From: Phoronis australis
Lineage: Eukaryota; Animalia; Phoronida
Direction of reading: 5' to 3'
DNA length: 64,000 nt
Assembly (NCBI GenBank): GCA_002633005.1
Contig: NMRA01000156.1
Coordinates: 248,001 to 312,000 of the forward strand
Positions 51,076 to 64,000 of the stretch are shown here, piece after piece. Position 1 is the stretch's first letter. Every line of letters starts with the position of its first letter. The position numbers were made by a program, and so were the translations under genes. Under the pieces are notes generated by a model. That model did no database searches, had not been told where the DNA came from, and saw nothing but the letters and a program-made list of their open reading frames with translations.

Positions 51076-52007
51076 TCTCATATCACGTACTAGAGCCTAC
51101 ATGTGTAGAGTGCTTCCCACAGCATCGCCACAACAGGGGCAGTCAATGACCTGAGAGCCCAGCATAGTCACTGTGTTGACTTTCCATCATAGCCAACGAG
51201 AAACCTCCGTCTCTTGCTAGAACAGGGAATCAGTGTGGCAACGCGATGACCAGGCTGACTAATAGATAACTTTGAAAGATCAGTAACAATGCGAGTTTTT
51301 TCTGATAAATCACAGTTTATGAACAACACTTCTTGCGAAAGGGGTATGAATTTTCAAATTACATCGTGTATTCGACAGAAGTCTCGCCAGATCTAGCCTA
51401 CTCACATCCTTTTTTGCTTTTGGCCAATGTGATGCATCACATGCAGAGTACAGTACAAGCCAAAAGTAATCAGACAAAATGACCTGGAATTGCCCCTAGC
51501 ATGATGGCCGGGCACAGGCCGAATTCAACGCAAGGGTTATCTTCTCTAATGACCGAGAATGAAGGAAAATTACCAGGAAAGTCAGTGAGGTGGCTAACCC
51601 ATTCTGTCATTACAATTTTACAATCCCAATAGTTATTACCAGTATTCTTTGCTGTAAAACAGAATAATCGGTCATGCCAAGGAAAATGGTATTTTGTCTG
51701 GTTACTTTTGTCTTGCACTGTACATTTATGGCCATGAATAGGAAGTGTCTGTTCAAATTAAAACTATCAACAGACAGAATTTAATTTAAATCTATCAAAA
51801 AGCACCAGACAAAAGAAGCCTCATAACACATGTGAATGGACAGATGTCCATAAGTCAGTGTCTGACACATTGTGTCTGACAGGCACAGCAACGACCTCTT
51901 CAAGGGGAAACTTTCAGGTTGGAAAGTGGTGAATGATCATGCGTTGAGGTGGGGGGGGGACAGACACTAGTGACCTCTAGAAGATGCGAGGGCAATTTTA
52001 CTTTGTT

Positions 52008-53406
52008 TAAAACGTATCACAATTCACACCTCATCACAAAAACTGCAAATGTTCCTTTTCACAGTGTTACGACACACTGCGAAGAAGTAGCCATTCCTAC
52101 CACTGTACCACGTGATCAGCCTCTATTGCTTTCTACAGCTTTCCCATTGATAATTCATTGTCCAGTAAATTTCACTGCAGACTACAGTAGCTGGAATTAG
52201 CAAATTGAATAGTAAACATTCTACATTTTATAACTCTTTACACTTGGGAGAGCATGAAAGCACTTTCGCTTGACCCAATTTCTAAATTTGGTATGCCAGA
52301 CAGGTACAAGACGTAACTTCTTTCATTCACAAACACTTTGAGACGGACACTTCATTGTGAATTGGTTGAAGATCCCATAGCAGAACTTGATGACAAGTCG
52401 CACAAAATATCAAAAAACTGTCAACTCAGCTCCACTTTAACTTGAGCTGGTGAACTCCAGCTCCCCTGTCTTACGTAACACACCATCTGTCTCTGGGTGA
52501 CACACTTAGGAACATACTGTCCTGAAATTTTCATCATTTTGGTGTTATGTTAGCTTTTTTGAATTGATAAACACAGCCTCCGGGAATGCCAAAATTCTTG
52601 AGCTGGACTGATAACACAAGACACTATCACCGATGATTGGATCATGTTTCACAATATTTTGATACGGGGAAAATCTCTCAAATAGTGTAACTGACACTGC
52701 CTGGANTAAAACGTATCACAATTCACACCTCATCACAAAAACTGCAAATGTTCCTTTTCACAGTGTTACGACACACTGCGAAGAAGTAACCATTCCTACC
52801 ACTGTACCACGTGATCAGCCTCTATTGCTTTCTACAGCTTTCCCATTGATAATTCATTGTCCAGTAAATTTCACTGTAGACTACAGTAGCTGGAATTAGC
52901 AAATAGAAAAGGAAACATTCTACATTTTATAACTCTTTACACTTGGGAGAGCATGAAAGCACTTTCGCTTGACCCAATTTCTAAACTTGGTATGCCAGAC
53001 AGGTACAAGACGTAACTTCTTTCATTCACAAACACTTTGAGACGGACACTTCATTGCGAATTGGTTGAAGATCCCATAGCAGAACTTGATGACAAGTCGC
53101 ACAAAATATCAAAAAACTGTCAACTCAGCTCCACTTCAACTTGAGCTGGTGAACTCCAGCTCAGCTGTCTTACGTAACACACACCATCTGTCTCTGGGTG
53201 ACACATTTAGGAACATACTGTCCTGAAATTTTCATCATTTTGGTGTTATGTTAGCTTTTTTGAATTGATAAACACAGCCTCCGGGAATGCCAAAATTCTT
53301 GAGCTGGACTGATAACACAAGACACTATCACCGATGATTGGATCATGTTTCACAATATTTTGATACGGGGAAAATCTCTCAAATAGTGTAACTGACACTG
53401 CCTGGA
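52008..53406. repeat. ~700-bp direct tandem duplication separated by a single N (52706)
   Basis: 52008-52705 and 52707-53406 are near-identical, differing by scattered substitutions and a 2-bp AC indel. Confidence 0.95.
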
Positions 53407-56400
53407 ACTTCCTGTAACCGAAGTAACACACCAGCATAGTCAATAGTTCACTACAACCCTAAAGCGGTAAGGACAAACAGCCAACCTAAAACCAATCCAA
53501 ATGTTTCTTAAGAGTAGCAAAGGCAAATTCACAAAAATTACTGTCAATTCCTACCTTCCCAGCACTTACGTAATTTCTATCAAAGCTCTTCACAGGGTAT
53601 GCAAGTTGTACTAAGTGATGAGTACTTTGAGTACCTTGATGAGTACTTGTTGTCTACCTTACACTACACGTGTACATCATGGGGGTGCTGGTCCCACATA
53701 CCGTGAAATCCCAGAAATTACACAAGATTAATTCTACGAACCATCGTGTATCCAAAGATTCATGAAAGTTAAGTCGACCCTAGTGGCAGACGCTGACACT
53801 ACACAGTCAGTGCAGTATAATGCACCAGCAACAGTATTTCTATGATATGGATAACGATCGGAAATTTAAAGTGTAAACTGAATCAATAAACAACATAGGT
53901 CACAAATAATTTTACCCGATATTAATCCAGCAAAATTTGGTGAAACTCAGAACACAGACAAATTCTTATGCCAATGGGAATTCTCCAGGTAAAAATTTAC
54001 TTGCAAAATACAAGTGATTGTTTCGACCAACTTTCACATGAGAAAGATACTAGTACCAGGGCCCTCAATCCCTCTGAAAAATGTTGAAAAATCACACGCA
54101 GTTCCCCTCATGAGGACCAAAAATTCACCTCGAGTGTGTGAAAAATTCCTCTCGAGGTCCAAATCACTTCTAACTCAAACAGGTTATACCAAAGCGCAAA
54201 ATGTTAGTTTTGGCTGCTTGAGGGCTTGAGGCAGAGCCCATGGGGGTTGGCAACAGGGTGGGGGGTGCTACTGACGACAATCGGGAGACAGAATTTTCTC
54301 CTCACTCCCAAAAATTCCCTTCTCAGAATGCAAAGGCACCTTTCCCCACTAATGAAGGAGGGCTATCAGTATGTTCTTAGAGTGTGGTTACTGAGGTAAG
54401 CCAACATGGGCTTAAAGGCAGGGTAAACATACTCAGTGTCTATAAAATATTTTAGTTAGCTAACTCCTAACCAAATTTGCTTTGAAGAAATAGCTCAGTT
54501 TGAAGACAAACCTCAATTTCAATTAGGCCAAACTTCCATTTGCACTTCAAATCTGTTTCTGAAATTTTTAAAATCAATTTTGGCTTGTAACCTGTGCTAA
54601 ACGGGAAACTTCAAGTTTCAATTATCAATTCTAATGTAAGGCTCAATCAAGAGGTGTTTAAGGAAGCAAAAAGCTTCGGTTACAAAAGTATAATTGCACG
54701 GGTAAATGTACTCGCGGCTTGAAACACTGACAGAATACAAAAGGCAATTCCATTTGTGACGGACTTACAATCAGAGAAAATTTCGATCAATTGTGAAAAA
54801 AATTAATCCTAGGAAAATAGTTAATATATCAATTGTTAGGTCTCTGGTAATCTTCAATGCATGTATCAACTTTTGTCTTGAACCTTTTCTCCAACTACAA
54901 AATTGCCTTTTAAACGGGTGTGGCGAAAGTATACATAGAATCTAAATTTTCCAAAAATGCAGATTTTTAATGTTAATTTTCACAATTTTAATTTTTTATC
55001 CGGGGCTGACCTTTTCATGGAATTACGCCAAAACGAGTACAAAGCGCTTCTATAATGCTGCAAATTACGTGAAGCAAGGCACAAAGAAGTCCCCTAGTCA
55101 GTGTTATCCAGCTCAGCGGACATATCAGTAGAACAAACTCAGCACTTGTGGCTAAAAGAATTAGAGCAAACCAGCCATTTCCTGCACAGTGGTGAGCTAA
55201 ACTCTGCCCAACTCTGACAAGCCCACAACTCTCGTTACCAGGTAGCAGGTGCGGGGTCACCCTCAGCAATGGAAGTAAACTGTATCCGTGTGTCACTCCC
55301 TTTGAAAGATTACCAGGTTGACCTGGGGTCGCGCGCGGAAAAGTTGCAAGCCCAATATTGACGACATCTCATCATTACTCGACACGATATTATTTGATTT
55401 TGACGTCATGCAATACACTAAAACTTATCCAATGTTTGATTTATGAACCTCATGCCTACATCAAAGAGCAACTCTTTTTGCAAATTAATATTCATTAGCT
55501 AAGGCCTGCCTTCCGTATATTGCTGGCTAGATATGATCCCCAGTAACTTGAAGTTGCATTTTGCCATGATTGGCTGGCTAAAACCAAAAATCAAATAAGG
55601 CCTTTTATTCTCATAAAACCAGCCTCATAACATCCCTTAGTGTGAGGAGACTCCATTCCCTAACCAAATCAAGTCATCGGCAATGAATCCATGCTCAATT
55701 TTTAGAATTTGCGATTTTAGGGTTGGAAAACCATGAAAAAATTGTCAATGATGTTTTCGATGTTCACGTTGACAACGGAAATAGATTCCTAACACAAAAA
55801 AGGGATAACACCAGAGAAATTTGATGAGAGTAAAAGGCCAAATTCCACTTTCGCTTTTTAGCCCGCTAAACAGGGCGAAACACAGCTTTAGAGTACTAGA
55901 TATTTCCAGCGTAGACAAGAGAACAGGCCCTGACCATTCTTAGAGTTCAATGTCATCCCCTCGATCTGAATACGTTAAACTGACAGGGGGCGCTGGCTTG
56001 ATGAACAGCAACTTCAGTTAAATTAAGTTACAACTTTCATCTTCTTCTCCCACTAAAGGCTTTAGGGAACTAAGTTTTAGCCATGTAATTGCTAGCATGT
56101 TACAAGTTACCAATAATTCATTCAGATTACCCGGGTAAGTAATGGATATAGTCTCTGTGTACTGTGTTGAAGTGAACTTTAAACTACTTTTTCAAACTGA
56201 CAATGAATTACGAACAACTAACTATGAATTATGAACAGACTACCTGTGAACCTGGTATCAGAACCTTGTTTACATTTTTCATCAAGATAACGGACATTCA
56301 TCAAGAGCCATCGCTTGAAAGTAGCCCGGAACTCTCTTCTCACTATCAGAGATGCAATTGCCAAAGCCCATGATTGCTATATCACACCACTTGCTTCTAG

Positions 56401-56489
56401 GCCTTTAAATTACCTGTGTCAAGGTATGGTAATGATGATGATCACAGCCAGCAGTGTTCCCTCAAGTGTTGTATGAAAGTAGCAATAGG

Positions 56490-56523
56490 AGCAGCAGCGA
56501 CGGCGGCGGCGGCGGCGGCAGCA

Positions 56524-56602
<79 letters not shown>
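56490..56602. repeat. (GCG)n(GCA)n trinucleotide microsatellite
   Basis: Directly visible. The poly-Ala ORFs here are artefacts. Confidence 0.95.
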
Positions 56603-56604
<2 letters not shown>

Positions 56605-56906
56605 CCTAGTGTAGCCTGATTAATAGTACACATCAGAGAAGTTGCTAATGAAATTCCAGGCATAATGCACCTGTGATTCCACATCGAATCACGTAAGCAA
56701 TCAAGATCACTGAATATTGTTCAGCAACTCTCCCAGCACTGGTGAGGAAAGACAGCCACAAGCAACATTACTTTCATAACACAGCTAAGAGCGCCTTTAC
56801 CTATTCACAATACAGAGACAGGCATTCCAACAGGACATCAACATTTCGGACAATACAAAAGCTAGTTTTACAATCTCTGGCTATTACTAGTTGCTAAAAT
56901 AAAATG

Positions 56907-57520
56907 TAGTGCTGATTTGGAGATCTGCAGGTCACCAATGCGACCTCAGATTGTGTTTGGCGACCTGGGAAAAATTCCAAGTCTCCATGAAGTCACAACT
57001 GCGAGTATGAAAGTCACACATCACACAATAATTCCCACTAAATTCGTTTCAAACTTTGTATTGACTTCTAAGCTTTAAATTACTAACAGTTTTCCTAGAT
57101 TGATTACCTTTGATTCACAACTGTTCCGTTGATTTCGTGAAATAATGCATTTGTCACCAAGCTTAAATTATAACATGACGTAAACAAACAGAAGTCAGAA
57201 TTGTTTGAAAAAAATCGGGCAAGATCCACAAAATTTGTGCAACCAGTCCATGCGGTCGTCTGCATTCTATGTTTTTTCACCGGTGGGAGGACTTGAGTTA
57301 GAGAATGAAGGTACACCTACACTTAGACAGTTACAGGGGGAAATCAGAGTGGGTGGTGCTACGAAAGTTTGACTTTTTCTTTTGGATGACCAACTTTAAT
57401 ACGCACAGGAAGATAGGAAACCTAGAAATTGATTTGGAGGTCTGAGATTTTCAGTTCTGGCGACCTACAATTTCGTTGGGCGACTTTGCGATTTGGCGTT
57501 TAGCTAAGCATTGAGCACTG
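56907..57520. mobile_element. Possible hAT-like MITE
   Basis: TAGTGCT...AGCACTG ends, with GCGACC/GCGACT sub-terminal repeats at both ends. Confidence 0.35.
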
Positions 57521-59706
57521 AAATGGTTAAAGATTCACATTCACCATCACTGTGCATGGGTGGTTTCAACACTTCTACCATGACACAATACGGCAGACAA
57601 GAGAAATTTTATTTTGTCAAACTGCTCAACAAACATAAATGTTATGAAAATTTTAGTCTCAGCTCAGTTTGCAGTGCGCAGCTGTCTTGAAATAAATGTC
57701 AGTAAATTGTTCAATATTTGCAGCTAAGTAATTAGCCTTTGAAAAATCAAACATTTTTGGCGACTCATTAGTGTGAAATAAAATACTTGCCATAATGCAA
57801 AAATCATAATAATGCCACATTGTCTTAAAGCAGACTTGCTGTGGTTTCCAGTCAGTGAACTGGGTTGGTGGTAAATTCCCTACAGCCTTGACAAAAGCAA
57901 AAGAATTAGATGAAAATAAACCAAATTTAATGGGAGCATGATAAAATTCAGTAAAAACTTGTCGGCCACTTTCAACAGGAATGTTTTCAATAAAAACTCA
58001 CCAACTCGGGACATGATATGGCAGACAAGTGAAAATCTTTATTCTGCTTTTTTAACAAACAGCAATTAGTACTTGAGAAATAATTTGTATTTTTTTCATA
58101 GAATTTTCTAATTAGAAAATCCTATGAAAAATACAGATATTCACAGCAATATTAAAAGCGTTTGAAAAATGAAAAAAGGCAATTACGGCACTTACTGGTG
58201 ACTGAGATTGTATGATGACCATTTACACTGGCTTCTAATTTTGCGCTACTGTTCCAGAACTTCTTTTTTATGTATTGTACGTTTTCTATTTTGTTACAAG
58301 TCACAGAACTTTGTTAGGCTAAATATGAAAACTCTGGTAAAATCTGTCAAGTTCACTAACGTAAGTGATGGGAACTCTAGTGTTTTGATAGCCAATCATC
58401 TTATAATATATGACAACTCGACCTTGATAAAATTACATGACCCGTCAGTTGATTGCGTTAAAATGTCAAACAGCAGAACGGCCTCGGACATGATATTCAG
58501 GTCAGAGTCAACAGTGGCATGTTCACGAACCATTACAAAAATCTAAACTTCATTTTAGGTCAGATTTGTAGTTTTGTTAAAGTGAAGGCGAGACTGCACA
58601 AACAACATGACCCAGAGTCCCCCACCATTATTGGCTGGGCGGACTCCGAATTGTCACGACAGCAAGCCTTCCGTCATAAGCGAGAACAAAGAGGAATAAA
58701 CAGGAAAGTTAGTCAAGCGGCCAAGTCATTCTGTAATTAGACTTTTGCCACAATCATAGACATCACCATACACTTTAGCTATTCACACATCAGTCATCAT
58801 GACACAGAAAGGTATTCTGTGCGGGCTCCCAACAAGCACGACAGTTGTGTCCCGACATGATGTATTAGAGTAGAGAGTTTTGGCTCGTTCTGATTTCGTG
58901 TTTATTCGAAGAAATAATTCAAAGTGAATTAAAACTTCTAACTTAACAAGATTACGTGCTTCGTGTCCTTGCTCGAGGATGTTTGGCGTGTTAGACCATT
59001 TGGAGGTGATTTTTGGGCTACCAAAAGTAAAGACGGAAAACAGACGGAATTCCCAGAATCTGGCTTCTTTCGTGGAATTAGGCATAATTTGTAAGCAGAC
59101 ACCACAATTTTAATATTTTTAATATTTTTGTTTTCAATAACTAACAATTAAGAATATAATCAATCATATTTGACACTGTGGCCACAAACTAATCGACGAT
59201 CAGTTAGCAGCTGACATGTTCAAGTAGTTGTTCATTTTTTTAAGGTGGAACTCTTCTTTTTACCAGTTTTCAGAAATAATAAACATGGTAGATAGCAAGT
59301 TTTTCGTAAAAAAACGGAGCTACGGCATAATTCAAAGAAAAAAGTGAGGTGATTCCCAGACCATTCTATACATCACTTTGAATGTAAAGCGAAATTTTGA
59401 TGGCTTACATGCTTGCTGAAATGGATGTTTCGGTTTTTTAAAACTAAAAACCAGGGTACCTACGAAAGACTGCTTGGTCTCATTTTAAAGGATCAAGATT
59501 ATTATGATCTGAGAAGTCGCATACATGACAGATAAACTTCCATAGATGAACGTATTGTATAAATTCTCAAAGTAGGCGATTTGCAATACTGGACATAGTC
59601 AACAGACAACTTTGATTACAGTAAAAATTCTTCAATTTGTCAAAATAATTGATAAAATTGACTGTGTTTAGATATAACTAAACCGGATGTAACTGTAAAC
59701 TGTTCA

Positions 59707-60006
59707 ATACATATGTATGTGTATATCTATATGCACATGTACATGTATAATTACATGTATATGTATAATTACATGTATATGTATAATTACATGTACATGT
59801 ATAATTACATGTATATGTATAATTACATGTATATGTATAGTTACATGTACATGTATAATTACATGTATAAGTATAATTACATGTACATGCACAGTTACAT
59901 GTACATGTACAGTTACATATACATGTAATTATACATGTACATGTATAATTACATGTATATGTATAATTACATGTATATGTATAGTTATATGAATATGTAT
60001 AATTAT
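59707..60006. repeat. 18-bp palindrome-rich satellite (ATGTATAATTACATGTAY)n, about 15 copies
   Basis: Directly visible. It yields the YMYNYM and CNYTYT pseudo-ORFs. Confidence 0.95.
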
Positions 60007-62384
60007 TACCTCGGTATACAAGTATTTCCAACAAGATTTGACAGCAACGCCACCTGCTCAGATATAACTTTCTGCAACTGCGGTATTCATACAGAGTTAG
60101 AATGATTATTAACCTCTCGCTTAACCATCTTCCAAGAGGGTTATAAACCCTCTACAGTTACAACCTTTAAAACCAGTTTTTAAGGGCGTCGATTGTTTGG
60201 GGAGTTGTGAACAGAATGAACACTTAACTCCAGTCCTGAATCGCAGTTAACAGCTCCAATTAACATTGCAGTTAACAGATGGACTTAAGACCACAGTGTC
60301 GATGCTACGGTGCAGCATGAAACGCTTAGCTTCGGTGCAATCGAAGTTATCGCCAAGTGCCACTGTTATTGTGAACACTACAGTTACAGAGTAGTGCCGT
60401 CACTAATAACTACTTATTTTTTTGCTCTAATGATAACCAATCGACTTAAAAATGAGTTTAATGTCATTTAGCCTATTTAAATGTTCCATTTGTCACATTG
60501 AAAAAAATTTTAGCGTGCAGCACTACCTTGCGATAACCTCGATGACGTCAGCGTCACCAACCCTTTACTTCGATGGTCATTAACTGCCGAAGCCAGTATG
60601 AACGGTCCAGTTAACTGCGGAGTCAAGTCAATATGAAAGGGCCTAAAGTGTTCAGGCAGAGTTAAAGCATTTAAACAGATTTTTAAAGTTACAACCACAT
60701 TGGTGTGAACAGGGCATATAGCTTTTAGAGGCATTTCGGGAACAAGCCAATTGAAAAATAACGATTCTAACCAGAATATTCATTACAGCGACTTCAGTGG
60801 TAGCTGGTCTATGGATAACTTCCAATTAGCATGGCCAGCCAGAGCTCAGTCTTCGTGTCACCCAGTTATTACCAACACACATCAATTATATCCAACACAC
60901 AGCAATTTCCTTCAAGTGCACAATTTGCTTTTGAAGTTTTCGAGGTTAATTGCCTGTGAAAAAAATTCGATATTAAGGATAAAATTACGAAATCGAGCTA
61001 ATATCGGGCATGAACTAGTTTCCCCCTGAAACTCAATCCAACATTAGCTCGTAGCTGACGTAAAACCGTGCAAGTGACAAGGTATATCTTACAACAGCAT
61101 CCCCAGTCTTAGGTTGCAGAGATACAGTAAATTCTCATCAATCCAAAATTACTCTTTTTCGATTTTCAAGATATTCTAGCATTGCTGTGAGAGCCACGTT
61201 TTCCCAAAATATTGTCTGGGGGTGTCTATAACACAGAACTTGAATATGGGAAAGCATTATGCTACACGTTTTATGAAAAGAATGAAAAAATAAAATTTCA
61301 CTTGTCAAATTGTGTCCTAAATTGATGAAATTTTACAAAAACTTTAGGAGAATGCCCGCCTCTTTGGCGCATCAAATTTTCATTGAAACGAAATGATATA
61401 TTAACTTGGGCCATGTACAAAATGAGACACAAGCACGCCTTATTTTGTGACGAATAATACCTCTTGCATTCAGATTCTAACACAAGAACAATGCAAATTA
61501 ACATCAAGAACAAAACAACAATATTAGTTTATTGTGCATGAACATATACAGATCCCAAGTGTGGATTTATAGTTGGTTTAAAGTTAGCCAATTAGACTAA
61601 TCACTAATCACCACATAACGGATGTAGCAGACAAAATCACACACATCTAAATTCTGCCCCTTCAAAAATCGAATCGAGAAAGAACAGAAAATTCTAACGT
61701 GACCCATAGGTTCTCTAAACTGGCCAATACATTTGACATTCAGTAGATTGATTGACCAATAGTCATGATCCCTGGGTTGTACTTCCGCGAGCCGATGCCT
61801 CAGTTTGAGATTCCACAGCAACCTGAGGAAAAAAGTGCCTGCGCCTTCTAAGACGGGAATTTTTGGGTGAGGGGAAAACAGCACCCTGATCAGCAACTCA
61901 CACCTTTTGCTAGCCTTCATAGGTTCTGCCTCAATAGCCAAAACTAAAATTTTGTGCTGTTTCAAATTGTCGCCTGTGTGAGTTACAAGTGAGTTGAACT
62001 TTGAGGGTTTTTGAATTCATTTAAGGGAAATTTTCGGGCCTGATGTTGGGAATTTCGACTGATTTTTAATATTTTTCAAAGCGGAATGGGGCCAATATTC
62101 GGATAAGGAATTAGCCTGCAAGTTCCACTTAAATGCTAGAGACGATACTCAGTTATATACAGGTATAACTTGTGGAGCCTGATTACAAGCACTGATGAAG
62201 CCAGTTTTTCCCAACCCTTAAATCGCCCCTATATTGAAAAAGGAACAAGTAGAGACCAATATCAATCAGTAAGTGGCATAAATCAAAAGTCAGTTTTTTG
62301 GTCGTCGACTGGTTTAAAGTTATTTCAATTCAATCTATTTTGTCGAAAAATAACAGACACAGCAGTAATTTTTACATTACATTC

Positions 62385-62425
<41 letters not shown>
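62385..62425. repeat. (TG)n microsatellite ending at an N
   Basis: Directly visible. Confidence 0.95.
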
Positions 62426-64000
62426 NAAAGCATGACTTTGGGTTCCGGCTCCACGCTCACTTTCTCATAAAAGTGCCTGGGGAAATACAGAATACCATGC
62501 CTTAAAAACAAATGGTGCAACATACCCAAACATTTTACAAGGCCATCAGTTATGCAAAAAATAAGGCTTAGTTTCACAATTTTTGCCCGTATCATCTACA
62601 ATGGCCGTTTGAAGGGAAACCTTTAAATATGCCCTAGAGCGATACATGATGATAAGCAGTCAGAAACAGGGGTGGGAATGAGGTCAGTTTCATTCATTCC
62701 AAATCTAGGCTACTCTGAAACATAACTGTCCGGTTATCCCTAGCTAACAGAATATACACACAGATGTAGAGCATCTTAGATAAAAAATCAGCATGTAGAG
62801 ATTTGAACAAGTACCAGGAGCAACTCAGCAAGCAAGGAACTCGCTCACCTGAGAGGAAAGGTGTCTGTGCCATTTGAAACAGGAATTTCTTATTGAAGGG
62901 GGAACTGCCCCCTCCTCTCGGTAACCATAAGATTAACCTCATCGGCACCCTTCACCGACATTGCCTCAACCGACCAAAGCTAATGTTTCGCAAAAATTTG
63001 AGGGAATGTTTTAAGAATTGGACGAAAAATTTTAGACCTCATGAAGGGAATTACGCGTGATTTTTAAATACTTTCCATTGAGGAACGGGGATCATGGTAT
63101 TCGGCTCAACAATTGAGGCATTGAGGGCCCTGGCAAGGATGCCTTCAATAACGGTCACCGTTACTAATGGAATCTGATTTTCCGTTTTCAAAAGCACTGA
63201 AATACATTTTAGCAAACATTAAATTCTGTTTTGTAAAATAGCATATTCCGTTGCACTATTTTACAGTAATTAACAACAAAAATGACCTGGGAATTGCTTA
63301 CAGCTCCGTACAATTTGTTTTCTACCCTGGGAAAGAGGAGAGCTGAATTTCTGAGGCACCTATTCAGCATTGCTCGTAAACCTTCAGTTACTTTTAGTGG
63401 TAGCGCTCTGCTAGTGTAACTGTTTTCTTGCAAAATACCAACAAGGTGTCGCGTGATCATGCTACACTTGTACCGTACGTACGTTACTCGCTTGACTGAA
63501 CGCACCACTGTTGTAATTGCAACTAATGACACAACCATTTCTTACACACAGCTATGCTAATTACAACCTGGCCTTGCAACAAAGCAATCGTGAATGAAAT
63601 GATCTGAGGTAAAGCCAGTTCAGGTGTAAGCTCTTGGCAATCCATATGCTACTGTAAATTTGGCGCCAATTCTGGGCTTGAGCAGATGTAAACAGGAACA
63701 GTTTCACAAGAAGTGGCAAGTACCATGACTAGTGAGATTTTCATGCTTGTTCTAAGCTAGAACGACGCAGAAAACCAGATTTGTCAACTTGCATGGTGTC
63801 TCCCCGTTACTGGCCTAAATTTAGCACAATCTCAGCAGAAACCAAGGATGTATAAGATCCCTCCATTTTGCTCAGTTTGGAAACGTTTAGGAAATACAGA
63901 TTCCTCCATCCTGCTCTACTCGGAAAGGAAGGAAGTTTAAGAACCCCGCAGCTCGCTGAACACGGAAAACCAGGTGTGTGAGTGGAGCTAACCACTCTCT

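Noticed and set aside
59678-60034. Cys/Tyr-rich repeat ORFs on both strands
   Set aside because: Translation of an 18-bp satellite.

Overview
Eukaryotic (animal) genomic DNA, AT-rich, with N gaps from a draft assembly. The repeat landscape and gene structure suggest an invertebrate deuterostome such as a hemichordate or echinoderm, but that is inference only. The window holds one multi-exon gene on the minus strand: a PDE7-family cAMP phosphodiesterase. I traced 13 coding exons by hand from 37615 down to the stop at 6479. All have GT-AG boundaries and compatible phases, totalling 2037 nt (678 aa plus stop). The first coding exon is not securely located. The protein keeps the full catalytic signature and adds a ~270-aa Ser-rich C-terminal tail with four RRxS PKA-type sites. 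Introns and flanks carry many non-autonomous DNA elements (TTAA-flanked Kolobok-like foldbacks, one with THAP relics in both arms; a TA-flanked pogo/Tigger-like element; hAT- and Harbinger-like MITEs), mini- and microsatellites, and a 700-bp duplication around a single N that is probably an assembly artefact. The most unusual item is a ~350-bp palindromic element near 50 kb, in which two inverted, decayed Penelope-type minimal hammerhead ribozyme motifs bracket a tRNA-like Pol III head. Nearly all ORF-track entries other than the PDE7 exons are spurious.
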